A stretch of 61,944 nt of DNA from a virus (lineage: Duplodnaviria > Caudoviricetes): the IMG/VR virus record IMGVR_UViG_3300032087_000824, positions 1-61,944 of that record; one strand, written 5' to 3'. The notes beneath the pieces are model-generated. The model saw only the letters and a program-made list of their open reading frames with translations, made no database searches and was not told the origin of the DNA. The translations under genes were made by a program, and so were the position numbers. This document shows, one piece after another, positions 1 through 10,700 of this stretch. Position 1 is the stretch's first letter. Each line of letters opens with the position of its first letter.

Positions 1-424
1 AATATTGTTCTGTTCCTGTAAATGTTAGACCACTAACTGGAACACTATCCAATGTTTGCCCACTAGCTGCCATAGTATATAGTAAATGAACGTGGTAAGA
101 ACTTTCTTCTCCACCATGAAAAGGGTCAACACCTTTACTATCAAAAAATCTTGATACATCATTTGTTTTATTGTTTCTTCTGTGTGCTGAATCTAAACCT
201 TGTCCACCGCTAAAATCTGACCTAGAAAATATTTGACCTATGTTAGTTGTAATATCTTCAGGGTTTTGTTTTAGGTTTATTTCTTGAGCAGGGAACTCTG
301 CAGTAGATATAGTCATCTGTCTGTTAGGTGCAATAGCAGCTCTAAATAATAAATCGTCTAAAGCTAAATCATAACCTTTTCTTTTAGGGTTAGTTACTTC
401 AGAGGTTAAAGGTACTCTAGGCAT
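1..424 (-). CDS. Tail (nozzle/tubular-B-like) protein, module A, truncated at window edge
   Basis: Not in ORF track. ATG at 424 overlaps the upstream TAA (TAATG). Translates MPRVPLTSEVTNPKRKGYDLALDDLLFRAAIAPNRQMTIST...FSGGQGLDSAHR..., clearly paralogous to 38094-40064 (MPRIPST...FTGGQGLDTAHR). Confidence 0.75.
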   Translation of the reverse strand, partial: MPRVPLTSEVTNPKRKGYDLALDDLLFRAAIAPNRQMTISTAEFPAQEINLKQNPEDITTNIGQIFSRSDFSGGQGLDSAHRRNNKTNDVSRFFDSKGVDPFHGGEESSYHVHLLYTMAASGQTLDSVPVSGLTFTGTEQY

Positions 425-1437
425 TAGGTATATGAAATCTTGTTAATACTTACTGGTTCTGGATACCTAGCTCTTAAATCCTTTCGTGCTTGTTGTATCA
501 ATGCTCTTTGATATTGTATTAAAGAGTTTCTAATTGACGATGCAGAGTTAACAGGAAAACTTTGTGCTTGCATAGATTGTGTAATATTCTCTGCAGTTGC
601 AGCAGGTATATCTCTACCTGCAATCATTTGTGCCGCTACACCTGCCATAACAATAGGTTCATATTCTGTTTCTAGTCCTATCTGTGCAAGTGTTGTATCT
701 TCTACATCTCCATCACCATCGTAATCTCTTACATCTAAAAACTTTTTCTTAAAAGTTATATACACTGTATGACCAGAAGCTACATTGTAGACCTGTACTG
801 CATTAACTTTATCTGGTCCATTTGTATATGTAATAGTTTGTGATACACCATCTGCATCATTGTAAGTAAATGGATTTGGTAAATCTATCAACTCTACTGC
901 TACTCCTTGAAAAGTAGTTCCTGTTTCATCTGAACCTGCAGAAAAGTCTGTGTACTGTGATATTGCTTTTATAGGTGCTATTAAGTAGTTATCATATGTA
1001 CCACTTAATGGTACGTATCCTACTTTAGCTGATACACTTTTAGTTTCTGTTGCAAACAATGTAGGATATAAATTATGTATTTGGTCTGATACTGCATCAA
1101 ATACAGTATTTCTTGGAAAGACAGGATTAATTCTCATCACGTCATTTACTAAGTGAGCAGCTAATGTTGTTCCTCTAAATGCACGTTTAACTGTTAATTG
1201 TTCTGCTGAAGTATTTAAAGCAGTAACTAACATCAACTCTCTGTTTACTTCTACTACAGCACCTGGTTCTAATAAATCTTCTTCTTCTGAAGTTAGATAG
1301 TCTGATTCGTATTCTACTGTTACATCAGTATCATCAGCATCCATACCACCTCTTAAAATAGAAAAAGATTGTATGTCGTCATTTGGCTCTAGGTACTCTC
1401 TGTAAACTCTATCTACTAAATTACCTATTGTACTCAT
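424..1437 (-). CDS. Putative head-tail adaptor / tail protein, module A
   Basis: 337 aa. Lies between major capsid and tail gene. Paralog of 40064-41059 (shared IGLETEYEPIVMAGVAAQ and QQARKDLRARYPEPV). Confidence 0.65.
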   Translation of the reverse strand: MSTIGNLVDRVYREYLEPNDDIQSFSILRGGMDADDTDVTVEYESDYLTSEEEDLLEPGAVVEVNRELMLVTALNTSAEQLTVKRAFRGTTLAAHLVNDVMRINPVFPRNTVFDAVSDQIHNLYPTLFATETKSVSAKVGYVPLSGTYDNYLIAPIKAISQYTDFSAGSDETGTTFQGVAVELIDLPNPFTYNDADGVSQTITYTNGPDKVNAVQVYNVASGHTVYITFKKKFLDVRDYDGDGDVEDTTLAQIGLETEYEPIVMAGVAAQMIAGRDIPAATAENITQSMQAQSFPVNSASSIRNSLIQYQRALIQQARKDLRARYPEPVSINKISYT

Positions 1438-1462
1438 ATCTCACCTATGATAGCACAAGAAA

Positions 1463-1486
1463 AGGGTGGAGGTGGAGTTCCACCCT
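1463..1486 (-). terminator. Hairpin after major capsid A (terminator/attenuator), followed by an extended -10 (TGCTATCAT)
   Basis: Stem AGGGTGGA/TCCACCCT, 8-nt loop, U-run on the minus strand. Counterpart at 41433-41456. Confidence 0.7.
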
Positions 1487-1501
1487 AATCTTGTAATTAA
1501 A

Positions 1502-2629
1502 TTAAGATACTGCTTGAATCTTGCAGTGATATGAAGGAGGTCCGAACTCGAATCCCATCTCCATATAAATTGCTTTACCAATTCTAGCGTTAGCATCTTG
1601 GTCTATGTCACGAACAAACACTGTTCCATATCCTGGGATATTTGTGAACACTGGTTGAATGTAAGCTAAGTCTAAGATGAATGAAGTATTGGCAGGCAAG
1701 ATATCAGGGTCAACAACCATCATTCCGATTGAACCGAATGGGGTTACGACTGTATCAATATCAAGACCTGCAACATTTCTATCTCTAGGAATGATTGCAC
1801 CTGTAATACCAACGTTACCTGCTATCAATTCTGTGTTAAGGTCCAATAATTGTTTTGGACTAACACATAATACAGGGTTACTCATTGGTGCGTGGTTGTC
1901 ATACATTCTCTTCAAAGCACCTGCTATTGCATCGAATGATAATACCTGGGTTGAACCTAAACCAGTACCAAGAGTGTCATTGTAGTAACAGTTACCACCA
2001 AGTGGATTAACTGCTGCTGCGTTGTTAGCGTTTTTGTTTAGTGAAATCCAAACATCAACACCATACATTTCTCTAGTTCCATCACCTGGGGTGACATTAG
2101 CACCGTCAGAGAAAGAACCATTGAATGCAAACCACTCAACTTCTCTTGCTACTTTTTCCATTGCTTTTTCCATTTGGAAAGCAAATTCATCTGCCACTGG
2201 ACTACCACCAAATAGTGCTAACTTGTCACCTGCTGTATTGCCGCCCTGTCCATCAGAAAAGTTAGCAATGTTTGCAGATAAGTCGAAAGGATTTTGGTTT
2301 TGTGTAGATGCTAAAGCTGTGTATGTCATTTGTACACCCTTGTGGAAAATCTGAGTCACATAAGTATATGCAGCTCTATCTCTTCCAAGATATTCTGTAG
2401 GTGTAGAACCTTCTTGTCCTTTAGTTGGTTCTGAATTAACTATTGCATTATCTTCTACTTGGACTTGCCAAAATGTAGAGTTTAATACTTTGCCGCCATT
2501 CAAACCGCCAACTGCGGATAATAAAGGTGTTCTTTGACCACCAACTTTAAACAATTCACCAGTGAAGTTATTAATTTGTTGGGCGTAGATAGTATCGCTA
2601 CCTGCACCACCAAGGCTTATGCTTGCCAT
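1502..2629 (-). CDS. Major capsid protein, module A (HK97 fold, SU10/DUF5309-like)
   Basis: 375 aa directly after scaffold, strong RBS. Motifs TQIFHKGVQMTYTA and QMEKAMEKVAREVEWFAFNG resemble this MCP family. Paralog of 41472-42560. Confidence 0.85.
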   Translation of the reverse strand: MASISLGGAGSDTIYAQQINNFTGELFKVGGQRTPLLSAVGGLNGGKVLNSTFWQVQVEDNAIVNSEPTKGQEGSTPTEYLGRDRAAYTYVTQIFHKGVQMTYTALASTQNQNPFDLSANIANFSDGQGGNTAGDKLALFGGSPVADEFAFQMEKAMEKVAREVEWFAFNGSFSDGANVTPGDGTREMYGVDVWISLNKNANNAAAVNPLGGNCYYNDTLGTGLGSTQVLSFDAIAGALKRMYDNHAPMSNPVLCVSPKQLLDLNTELIAGNVGITGAIIPRDRNVAGLDIDTVVTPFGSIGMMVVDPDILPANTSFILDLAYIQPVFTNIPGYGTVFVRDIDQDANARIGKAIYMEMGFEFGPPSYHCKIQAVS

Positions 2630-2652
2630 ATTTTATCTTCTCCTATAAATTT

Positions 2653-3132
2653 TTACTTATTTTGTTCTTTTAAAGTATCTAACATTCGCAGTTTTGCGTT
2701 GATAGAATCTTTAGTTTTTGTATTGGAATCTCTTACGAAGTTTAGAAACTCTTGACCTACGTCAACAGGTTCTGCATTTACACCAAGTTTATTAAGCTGC
2801 TCAACTCTTGATTGAGCCTCAACTACATTGTTAGTTACTTGAGAACTTGCACTCTGTTGTGTGGAACTACTAACTTCTCCAAACTCTCGAGCAACAAAAT
2901 CTTTTATAGCATCAACAGATATATCACCATCATAGAGTTTTGTAACAGCTTTACCTAATCCCTTATCTGCTTCTAGTCCTATTTGACTCAAAGCATTGGT
3001 CATAGCTTGTGCTTTGAATTGTTTATTCTCAGCTTTAAGCTTTTTATACTCTTCTCTAAGTTGTTTGATTCCATCTGTAGATTCATCTGCAACTTCTTCT
3101 GTAGTGTCTACTTGTTGTATATTTTCTTCCAT
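2653..3132 (-). CDS. Capsid scaffolding protein, module A
   Basis: Acidic, coiled-coil, immediately upstream of MCP. Start moved to MEENIQ (GGAG RBS). Paralog of 42575-43039 (LREEYKKLKAENK, GLEADKG). Confidence 0.7.
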   Translation of the reverse strand: MEENIQQVDTTEEVADESTDGIKQLREEYKKLKAENKQFKAQAMTNALSQIGLEADKGLGKAVTKLYDGDISVDAIKDFVAREFGEVSSSTQQSASSQVTNNVVEAQSRVEQLNKLGVNAEPVDVGQEFLNFVRDSNTKTKDSINAKLRMLDTLKEQNK

Positions 3133-3175
3133 TATTATCTCCATTTTCTCTAGCATATATTTATCCCATAGTATT

Positions 3176-3292
3176 AATCGCTAGGTAATTAAAGGGATTT
3201 ACACAAGGGTTTATGAATAACAGATAACACACCTTGGCAATGTTACCGAATCCCAGCCCTATATTTTGTGTGCCGAACCTGGCAGGCACTAC
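3176..3292 (-). ncRNA. Candidate structured cis-regulatory RNA in scaffold/MCP leader, copy A
   Basis: Non-coding, alignable with 43088-43210 with compensatory stems. Upstream TTGACA...TGCTATACT promoter-like sequence. Confidence 0.6.
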
Positions 3293-3308
3293 ATCTAGTA
3301 TAGCAGAA

Positions 3309-4361
3309 TTATTTTTCTGTCAAGCCAGTTACAGCACCTTCTTGTGTTTTTACTGCACCTAATTGTACTGCTGATTCTGATATATTTTGAGCTTGTATCG
3401 CTGCTAATTCTTGTGATGTTTCTAAGTTGCCTAAGTATTGTGCCTCTAGTATTTCCATTGATGTAGGAGCAGAATCTCTACGCTGCTGTCTTGCAACCCT
3501 AGCTGTGATTAAAGCTCTATCAACAGCAGCTTGAAATGTTCTCTGCGCTTCAGATACTTGTAAGCCTGCACCTACTAAACTTTCAATAGAAGTTCTACTA
3601 GCTTCAACTCCTGCAACTGTTTGATATTGATTACCAACTCTAGCTATATTTAATCTTCTATTTAAAACATTTGCATTTATTTCTGGGTCTATTATTAACG
3701 GTATTAATGCAGCTTCATCTAGCTCTATAACATCTCCTAACTCAGACGAATAGTATTCTTCATAAGCAGATAGTACACCTCTTTTTTGTTCTGGTGTTAA
3801 GTTGCTAAGTTGTTGTTCAGTAACAGAAAGTCTAGAAGCTATTTCGTCTGGTGAAACATTGTTAGATACAAGCTCAGGAAATATTGTATCAATAACTTGT
3901 GCGCCATATCCACCAATACCAAACTCATTGAAATGTATTAATACTGCTTCTTTATTCTGTAAGTATGTAGCTTCAGACATTCTAAGTGAGCCATCATCTC
4001 TTGTTATACCAGGAAATACTTTTTCATAACTATCACTAGACCTCATTCTTGCTAATGCAAATGTATCTTCACCGCTTTCTATGTATCCTGCAACATACTC
4101 GTCTATTAGTTTTTTACCTTCTACTGGTGCTAACTTAGTTAGCCAAGGCATTAATACTTGTGCTTGTTGTGGTGTAAACTGTACTGCAGTTTCATCTACA
4201 GGTTCTTGTGTACTCCAACCTTCATCTTGTGTTTTTATAGAAAGTTCAGACTTTTCTTCACCTTCTCTTCTGTAATACTGAGCAGTAGCAACAGCACCAT
4301 CTTTATATATTGTTACTTGCCTTCCGCCTTTAGGTGCATTCTTATCTACAAAAGCTGCCAT
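3309..4361 (-). CDS. Putative internal virion protein, module A
   Basis: 350 aa. Paralog of 43229-44422 (GYIES, NNVSP, IDP, C-terminal GAxxTQxGxVxGLTE). Confidence 0.55.
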   Translation of the reverse strand: MAAFVDKNAPKGGRQVTIYKDGAVATAQYYRREGEEKSELSIKTQDEGWSTQEPVDETAVQFTPQQAQVLMPWLTKLAPVEGKKLIDEYVAGYIESGEDTFALARMRSSDSYEKVFPGITRDDGSLRMSEATYLQNKEAVLIHFNEFGIGGYGAQVIDTIFPELVSNNVSPDEIASRLSVTEQQLSNLTPEQKRGVLSAYEEYYSSELGDVIELDEAALIPLIIDPEINANVLNRRLNIARVGNQYQTVAGVEASRTSIESLVGAGLQVSEAQRTFQAAVDRALITARVARQQRRDSAPTSMEILEAQYLGNLETSQELAAIQAQNISESAVQLGAVKTQEGAVTGLTEK

Positions 4362-5617
4362 TATATACCCCTTATCACATTACCACCTAAACTCCTATTC
4401 ATAGAAGAAGCAACTGTTCTTCCAAAATATTCGTTACCAGTTTCGTATGCTTTTTTTCTCATTGATTTACCTGCATCTTGAAAACCTAAACCTAATGTTT
4501 CTAAAAAATAAGTATCTGTTTCATCTGGAGAATCTCCAAATATAGAAGTATATAGTTGTTTGTATGGTCCAACCACTTGTCCATAGTTTAATCCTTTGCC
4601 AGAAAATCTTTCAAAGTATGGGTCACTATCAAACAAAGCTTGTAGCTTCATTTCAGCAGCATCTGTCTGGTCAGTAGATACTAGATAAGCTATTTCTTTT
4701 TTTGTATCTTCATCTAGTGTGTCATACTTTAGAACACCTAAATATCTTTGACCTAGTCTTTGTGCTTCTTTTGTTTTTCTAAAATCTAAAGTACCTAAGT
4801 CAAATGTTAAATTACCATCAACTTCCATTTCTATAATGTTTTTAAATGACAAGTACCTAGAATCTTCTGGTGCTAGTTCTTCTATACCTGTGTAATGTTT
4901 TACAAAGTCGTCAATATTAGCAGCATTTAAATATCCTTTTGTATATACCTCTATTAAGTTTTGATATCCATCAAAATTACTTTCACTAAAATCATCTACG
5001 TTTACACCTATCTTTGTAAGAACAGCATTTATTTCATCTGTCTTTACATCTCTAAGTTCTCTTAACCTAATGTTTGTATCGTAATCATTATTCTTTAAAC
5101 CACCAGCATTTATAAATTGTATTTGACCAACTGTCCAAGTAGATTTTAATTCTTTTAATCTTGGGTCATTCTCATCTATTGGTCTGCCCAACCACAAATG
5201 TTCTAACAATAATGACATACCTGGTGCGCCAGTTACATTACCTTCTTCATCTTTCTGTACTTCATAAAACCAAGGAGCGTAATCTTTATATAAATCTATA
5301 GTGGCTTCAAATGCTTCTGCTGGATTATATCCATCCATATCATCAAAGTTGCTAGATATGTATGTAGCACTTAAAGCTGTATGTCCTAATAAAACCCCTG
5401 GTGCTTCATATACAAACTCTGGTAGCTCTCTATCGTTGGTTAATCCGTGAGGCTTTACTGTACCTACATCATAAGATATATATACTTTTTCATCACCTTC
5501 TTCTGCTGTTAAGAAATCACCAGCATCATACAAGTAGTAATATCTTCCTGTATCTGCATCAAAGTAAATTAAATCTGGTGTAGGTTTATTAGAATATTTC
5601 CAGCTAGTTTCTGTCAT
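4361..5617 (-). CDS. Putative internal virion protein, module A
   Basis: 418 aa, acidic. C-terminus paralogous to 44423-45883 (LFDSDPxFExxSGKxLNYxQVVG, AYxTGNExF). Confidence 0.55.
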   Translation of the reverse strand: MTETSWKYSNKPTPDLIYFDADTGRYYYLYDAGDFLTAEEGDEKVYISYDVGTVKPHGLTNDRELPEFVYEAPGVLLGHTALSATYISSNFDDMDGYNPAEAFEATIDLYKDYAPWFYEVQKDEEGNVTGAPGMSLLLEHLWLGRPIDENDPRLKELKSTWTVGQIQFINAGGLKNNDYDTNIRLRELRDVKTDEINAVLTKIGVNVDDFSESNFDGYQNLIEVYTKGYLNAANIDDFVKHYTGIEELAPEDSRYLSFKNIIEMEVDGNLTFDLGTLDFRKTKEAQRLGQRYLGVLKYDTLDEDTKKEIAYLVSTDQTDAAEMKLQALFDSDPYFERFSGKGLNYGQVVGPYKQLYTSIFGDSPDETDTYFLETLGLGFQDAGKSMRKKAYETGNEYFGRTVASSMNRSLGGNVIRGI

Positions 5618-6327
5618 AGTGTGTATATCTTTTCTTTAAAATTATCTAATAACTTCATAGGTTTTCTAGGAAACCTAGTGCTTGGCACATTTGGTTCTTC
5701 TTCTTTTACAGGAGGTTCTTTGAAGTATCTACCGCTTTCTACTAATTCATCTACTGCGCTCGCATCTACTAGAGATTTGTTTCCATCTTTATCATACATA
5801 TAAGTTATTGTATCAGGTAAAGGATTCAATGTTTCCCCTTCATCTCGGTCTTTAGGACCTATAAATCCACCCATAACATTTGTCATAGCTGCTTCTTCTT
5901 TGTCTAATCTGTTCATAAACCAATCAGGAGGTGCTGTTCCCCTTTTATCTTCGTATGCTTTTTCTTGACTACTTCTAATACTTTTGATATGTCCTTCAGC
6001 TATTACATCTATAGTATCTCTTAATGCCCAAGGTCTATTAAAGTAAACCAAAGCCATATAATCAAACCTATCCTCATTTACTTTTAAATCTCTATTCTCA
6101 AGCATTTGCGATACATATTTTCTAGCTTCAGCTAAATCTTTACTTAAAATATCTATTGCTTGTTCTCTATCTATTACAGTGTCCTCATTGAATTTAAAAG
6201 TATCTGTTGCGTTTGTATGTCCAAAGCCAATAGTAAGAACACCGTTTTTGTCATAGTATGCTTTATCACTATAACCCTCAAGTTCTTCAACTACTTCTAT
6301 GATTGCTGGTGGAACTTCGTAATCCAT
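5614..6327 (-). CDS. GH24 (phage-type) lysozyme, probably virion-associated, module A
   Basis: EG-x7-D-x5-TIGFGH catalytic motif (EGYSDKAYYDKNGVLTIGFGH). Located among internal virion genes. Confidence 0.85.
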   Translation of the reverse strand: MDYEVPPAIIEVVEELEGYSDKAYYDKNGVLTIGFGHTNATDTFKFNEDTVIDREQAIDILSKDLAEARKYVSQMLENRDLKVNEDRFDYMALVYFNRPWALRDTIDVIAEGHIKSIRSSQEKAYEDKRGTAPPDWFMNRLDKEEAAMTNVMGGFIGPKDRDEGETLNPLPDTITYMYDKDGNKSLVDASAVDELVESGRYFKEPPVKEEEPNVPSTRFPRKPMKLLDNFKEKIYTL

Positions 6328-7718
6328 TATCTACTTAAACTCGCTATAGCGACACCAAGTCCTTGTTGGTACGCTTGTGCTTCTTTACCTTCATCAATAA
6401 GTGGTCTAAAATAATTATATACAAACTCATCTAGCCCTGTAGCAAATGCTGATGAAACATCATCATCTGACATTGCTGGTGGCAGTAAGTAATAATCTTG
6501 TTGTGTACCTGCAACTTGGTCTTGGTATGCCTGTGAAGCCATATCAACTCTAGCTTGTTCATAAACTCTTCTTGATTCTACATATGCAGCGCCTAATCTT
6601 TCTATTTCTCCATTAGCCCAATCTGCTATAACTTGATAATCTCTCATACTAGGATTTGCACCTATAGTTTCTCTAACTGTTTGATTAACATTAAATTTAA
6701 TAAATTCTGGATTTGCTTGTGCTATTAAAGCTGGTGCTGTAATAATAGGATTAGTATCTCTTAGTTGTACTTCTTCTATAATCTCTTCAAAATAGTTTCT
6801 CATAAATCCTAAAAATACACCTTCTTCTCCACCAGAAAGTAAATTAATTTCTCTTAAATCATTAACATCTAATCCATATTCAGGTTTAGTATTTAAATAA
6901 CTAAATGCAGATTCTAATGCTTCTACTGTTGCATCTTCTCCTGCTGTTCCTATTTCTCCAATAGTTCCTAATACATATGAGCCAGGTTGTAAGAATCCAG
7001 CTCTCATAAGTTTATCTTGTATGTTTGCTATTCTTCCTGGTTCTAATCCTGCTAAGAATGATGAAGCAATACCAAAGTTAAATACTGGTACAAGGTTTTG
7101 ATTCTTTGCGGCTTCCTTGTAATTTATTAATTGCAAATCATCTTGAAGTCCGTAATACTGCAACATACCTGATGCGTATCGTTCACCAAATGTATAACCT
7201 GGTCCTGCTGCTGTTTGGTCAGTAAAGTCTACAGTTTCTAATGCAGTAAGCAAAGCATCAGCATCACCTGTCTCTTTATATTTTTCCCAAGCTGCGTCTG
7301 CTAATCCTCTGTCTGTAACAGTAGGTTCAAACTCGTATTGTCTTTCTGTGAGATTTAATGCAGAAGCATACTCAGCATCAGCTTCTCTTTCCATATCGCT
7401 TTCATCTATATTTATAGTTATTTCACTAGGGTCTTGTCCTGTAATTCCTGATACAAATGCTGATGTAAGTGCTTTTCTTCGTTCTAAATCTTCTGATGTA
7501 GGTATAAGAACACTAACAAATTTTCTCATTGCTTTTGTGTCTGCACCTTTTTTAAGTAAAACAATTACATCTTCAACAACATTCTTAGGCATATCAGGTA
7601 ATGCTTTAAAAAACATACGTTGTAAATCTTCTAAATCAGCAATACCCTCACCAATAGCATCATAAATACTTCTTAATGTAAATCCTATTTTTTGATACTT
7701 TTGTTCTTCTCTATCCAT
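6327..7718 (-). CDS. Putative internal virion (ejection) protein, module A
   Basis: 463 aa. Paralog of 51836-53608 (YYGLxD, AGFLxPxSxVxG, TVxAxESA). Confidence 0.55.
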   Translation of the reverse strand: MDREEQKYQKIGFTLRSIYDAIGEGIADLEDLQRMFFKALPDMPKNVVEDVIVLLKKGADTKAMRKFVSVLIPTSEDLERRKALTSAFVSGITGQDPSEITINIDESDMEREADAEYASALNLTERQYEFEPTVTDRGLADAAWEKYKETGDADALLTALETVDFTDQTAAGPGYTFGERYASGMLQYYGLQDDLQLINYKEAAKNQNLVPVFNFGIASSFLAGLEPGRIANIQDKLMRAGFLQPGSYVLGTIGEIGTAGEDATVEALESAFSYLNTKPEYGLDVNDLREINLLSGGEEGVFLGFMRNYFEEIIEEVQLRDTNPIITAPALIAQANPEFIKFNVNQTVRETIGANPSMRDYQVIADWANGEIERLGAAYVESRRVYEQARVDMASQAYQDQVAGTQQDYYLLPPAMSDDDVSSAFATGLDEFVYNYFRPLIDEGKEAQAYQQGLGVAIASLSR

Positions 7719-10700
7719 TACGAGCCTCCGTATAGTGTTGTATCTACAAACTCTTCTTCAACTTCATACTTAAATAAGTCAAGATACACATAGTAAAAGT
7801 CTGGATACTCTGAGAATAATTGCTGTGCAAGTTGTCTTAGAGCTGTTCTTTGTCTTACTAATTCTTCTCTTTGTAATGATACATTACTTCCTAATACAAG
7901 TCTAGCTTCTGTTAATAACCTGTTTCTTTGTTCCATATATGCTATAGCACCTTGTACTGCAGGAAGTTGTTTTAGTTTCGTTGTTTTACCATCTGGTAAC
8001 TTTATGTTTGTTTCACCATCTTGTCTTAACATATCTTCAAATTCTCTAATCTTTGCTTCTACATTCATAGAAGTAGGTATTGTAGAACTTACACCATAAC
8101 CTGGATACTCTTGTATCAATGCATTTCTAACAGCAGTAAGCATTTCAAACTTATTCTTACTTGGAACATTAGCGTATGCAGGTGTATCAAATAACAATCT
8201 TCTTTGATATTCGTAAGCTAATCTACCTTGTGCATTTCTAATAGCTGCAACATACTCATCTTCATCTATATCTACCCTATCTCTTTCTGCAAATGCATTA
8301 GCCCAAGAAGTAAAATCAAACTCATCTAGTGGGTTATCAGGGAATATATAATATCCAATGTTAGGATATCTATCTAATACTTCTTGGTTTTCTCTAGTAA
8401 ACCTACCACCTACTTCTGTATATGAACGTTTCTGTATTTCTTTTGATTTAGAAGTTAACAATGCAGTAGGGTCTATACCAAATTGATTTACAAATTCAGT
8501 AGTAGCAGCTAACTGGTCGCCTTTATATTTAGCTAATATTCTATAATATGCGTCTGCATATATAGACATACCAAAGTAATAACCATCTGGGTCACTCTCT
8601 TGAAACTCAGCAGGGTCAAGATATAATGCACCACCAGGTGTAGTTTCTATTTCATATCTTATTACTGCACCTGTAGGAGCTGCGAATTGTACAGCAGCCC
8701 TAATCCAAGACAATCTAGTAGCAATCTCTTCTGCTTTTTTCATAGCATCTTGTTGTTTTGCTCTAGTAGAATCATCATACAAACCTGTAGTAATTAACAT
8801 TCTTAATACATCTTTGTAGGTATTAGCATAAGTTCTTTTTATTTCAGGTGTACTTGCACCAGATATAGAAAATACTTTCTTTAACCAAGAAGGTATCATT
8901 GCATCTAAATAAGTATAAGGACTTACTGGAGAGCCTTCTTCTCTACCATATGGAAAGAATATCTTATCTAGTAAAGCTGTATCTGGTAACAACTTAGCTG
9001 CAGGTATTGCAACTAATGGACCTAAACCAGGAACAGGATTACCAGCAACCATATTTAAAGAAGAAGAATATCCCTCTAGTTTTATCCTGACATCTGGTGC
9101 TTTCATAGCATCTCCAGTAATAGGATTTGTCATTAGTCTATTTTCTTCTTCTCCAAACATATAATTTGTAAGTAACTCTGTACCAGGGAAAAAGAACATT
9201 TCTTCTCCTGACATTTCATCTGTATGAAAGAAACCTTCCTCTCCTTCTTCTCCTGAACCTCTAGCACCTTGAATTACACGTTGTACTTTACGACCTGCTA
9301 ATAGTTTTTGTTGATTAATTAATCTTGACCAAGTACCTATAATCTCTTGATAAACTTCTGCGAATGGAAAAGCTAGTCTTAACATATCAGATACAACGTG
9401 TCTTTTATTTAAATCATATAGTAATCTTTTTGTTTCAGACAATGCATAGGCTTTAGCTGCGTCATCTAATTCACTAATGTTTTCTACACCAAGTATTCTT
9501 GCATCACCATCTCTGATAGGTTTTGTACCTTTAAGTATTCTTGCAGTTTCACCAGAGTTCTTTACCCACTTAGAAGCTTTCATATTAGCCATACTTATAA
9601 TTTCATTCTTCAATGCTTCGTCATAATATGCACCATTCTCTTCTATAAATCTCCAGTAATATTGTCTGAATGCTGATGACCTAGATAGTCTGTTAGTAGG
9701 AACTGCCATCAATGTTGTAAACAAATTCTCTAACACTTGGTCATACTTACTAATAGTTTGTGCATTTATATCATAAGTTGATTTCTTCATAGTATGATAA
9801 GCACCATAAATTTCTCTATCTTTATCTATTTGTCTTATGTGTCCTTTGTAAGTTCTGTGGTCATCTAGTGTTTGGTTTCTACCAAATGTAATTTCTATAG
9901 GATTGCCGTCAGGGTCAACACCTATTTTTAATCTAGTTGGTTTACCAGCAGGTATCATATCTCTAGTAGCTTGTATTCTTTTACCAAAAGCTATATGTCT
10001 TATTAATTCATCATCTCCTGGCTTTATAATATCGTGAACAATAATACTTGTAGGAGATGTTCTTGTTACAGCTTTACCAGTAGAACCATCTGACCTATGT
10101 AATACTTTAAATGTTCCATCTTCAAAAACTTCTTTTGTTTCAAAGTGTCCACCAGTTTTGTAATGTATTCTTGCAACAATACCATCAATATAAGCATCTG
10201 CAGCTTTTCTGTCTGTAAGCATTCTTATTTTTTGATATTTACCTATTTCATCTGAACCATAAGAGTAAGATGTTCTCCAATCAGATAAATCGCCATCCCA
10301 AAATCTATCTTTAATTTCTTTAATAGCATCTTCAGCAGATACAGTTTCATCAAGCACAGCTTCAGTTTGTTCTTCTTTTAACGCTTTAACTTTTCTTTGT
10401 AAGTAATTATTTATTCTTGGAGCTTTTTCTTCTAGTTGTGCTAAACCTGTACCTAAACCATCTTCAGGTAATACAACTACTTTACCAAGACCTCTTGCTT
10501 CATCTATCTTTTGAAATGCTTCATCAATAGCTTCTACAGCTACATCATAATCATCATCACTAAAAAACTTTCTAGCAGAATTTTTTGTTGGAACTCCTAT
10601 TACATTTGGCTCATCTCTAATAATTGCTTGTCCTGCTTTGCCTGTTCTAGCTAAATTATCTCCAAATACAAACATTTTGTTAGGATTGTTTTTTACAATA

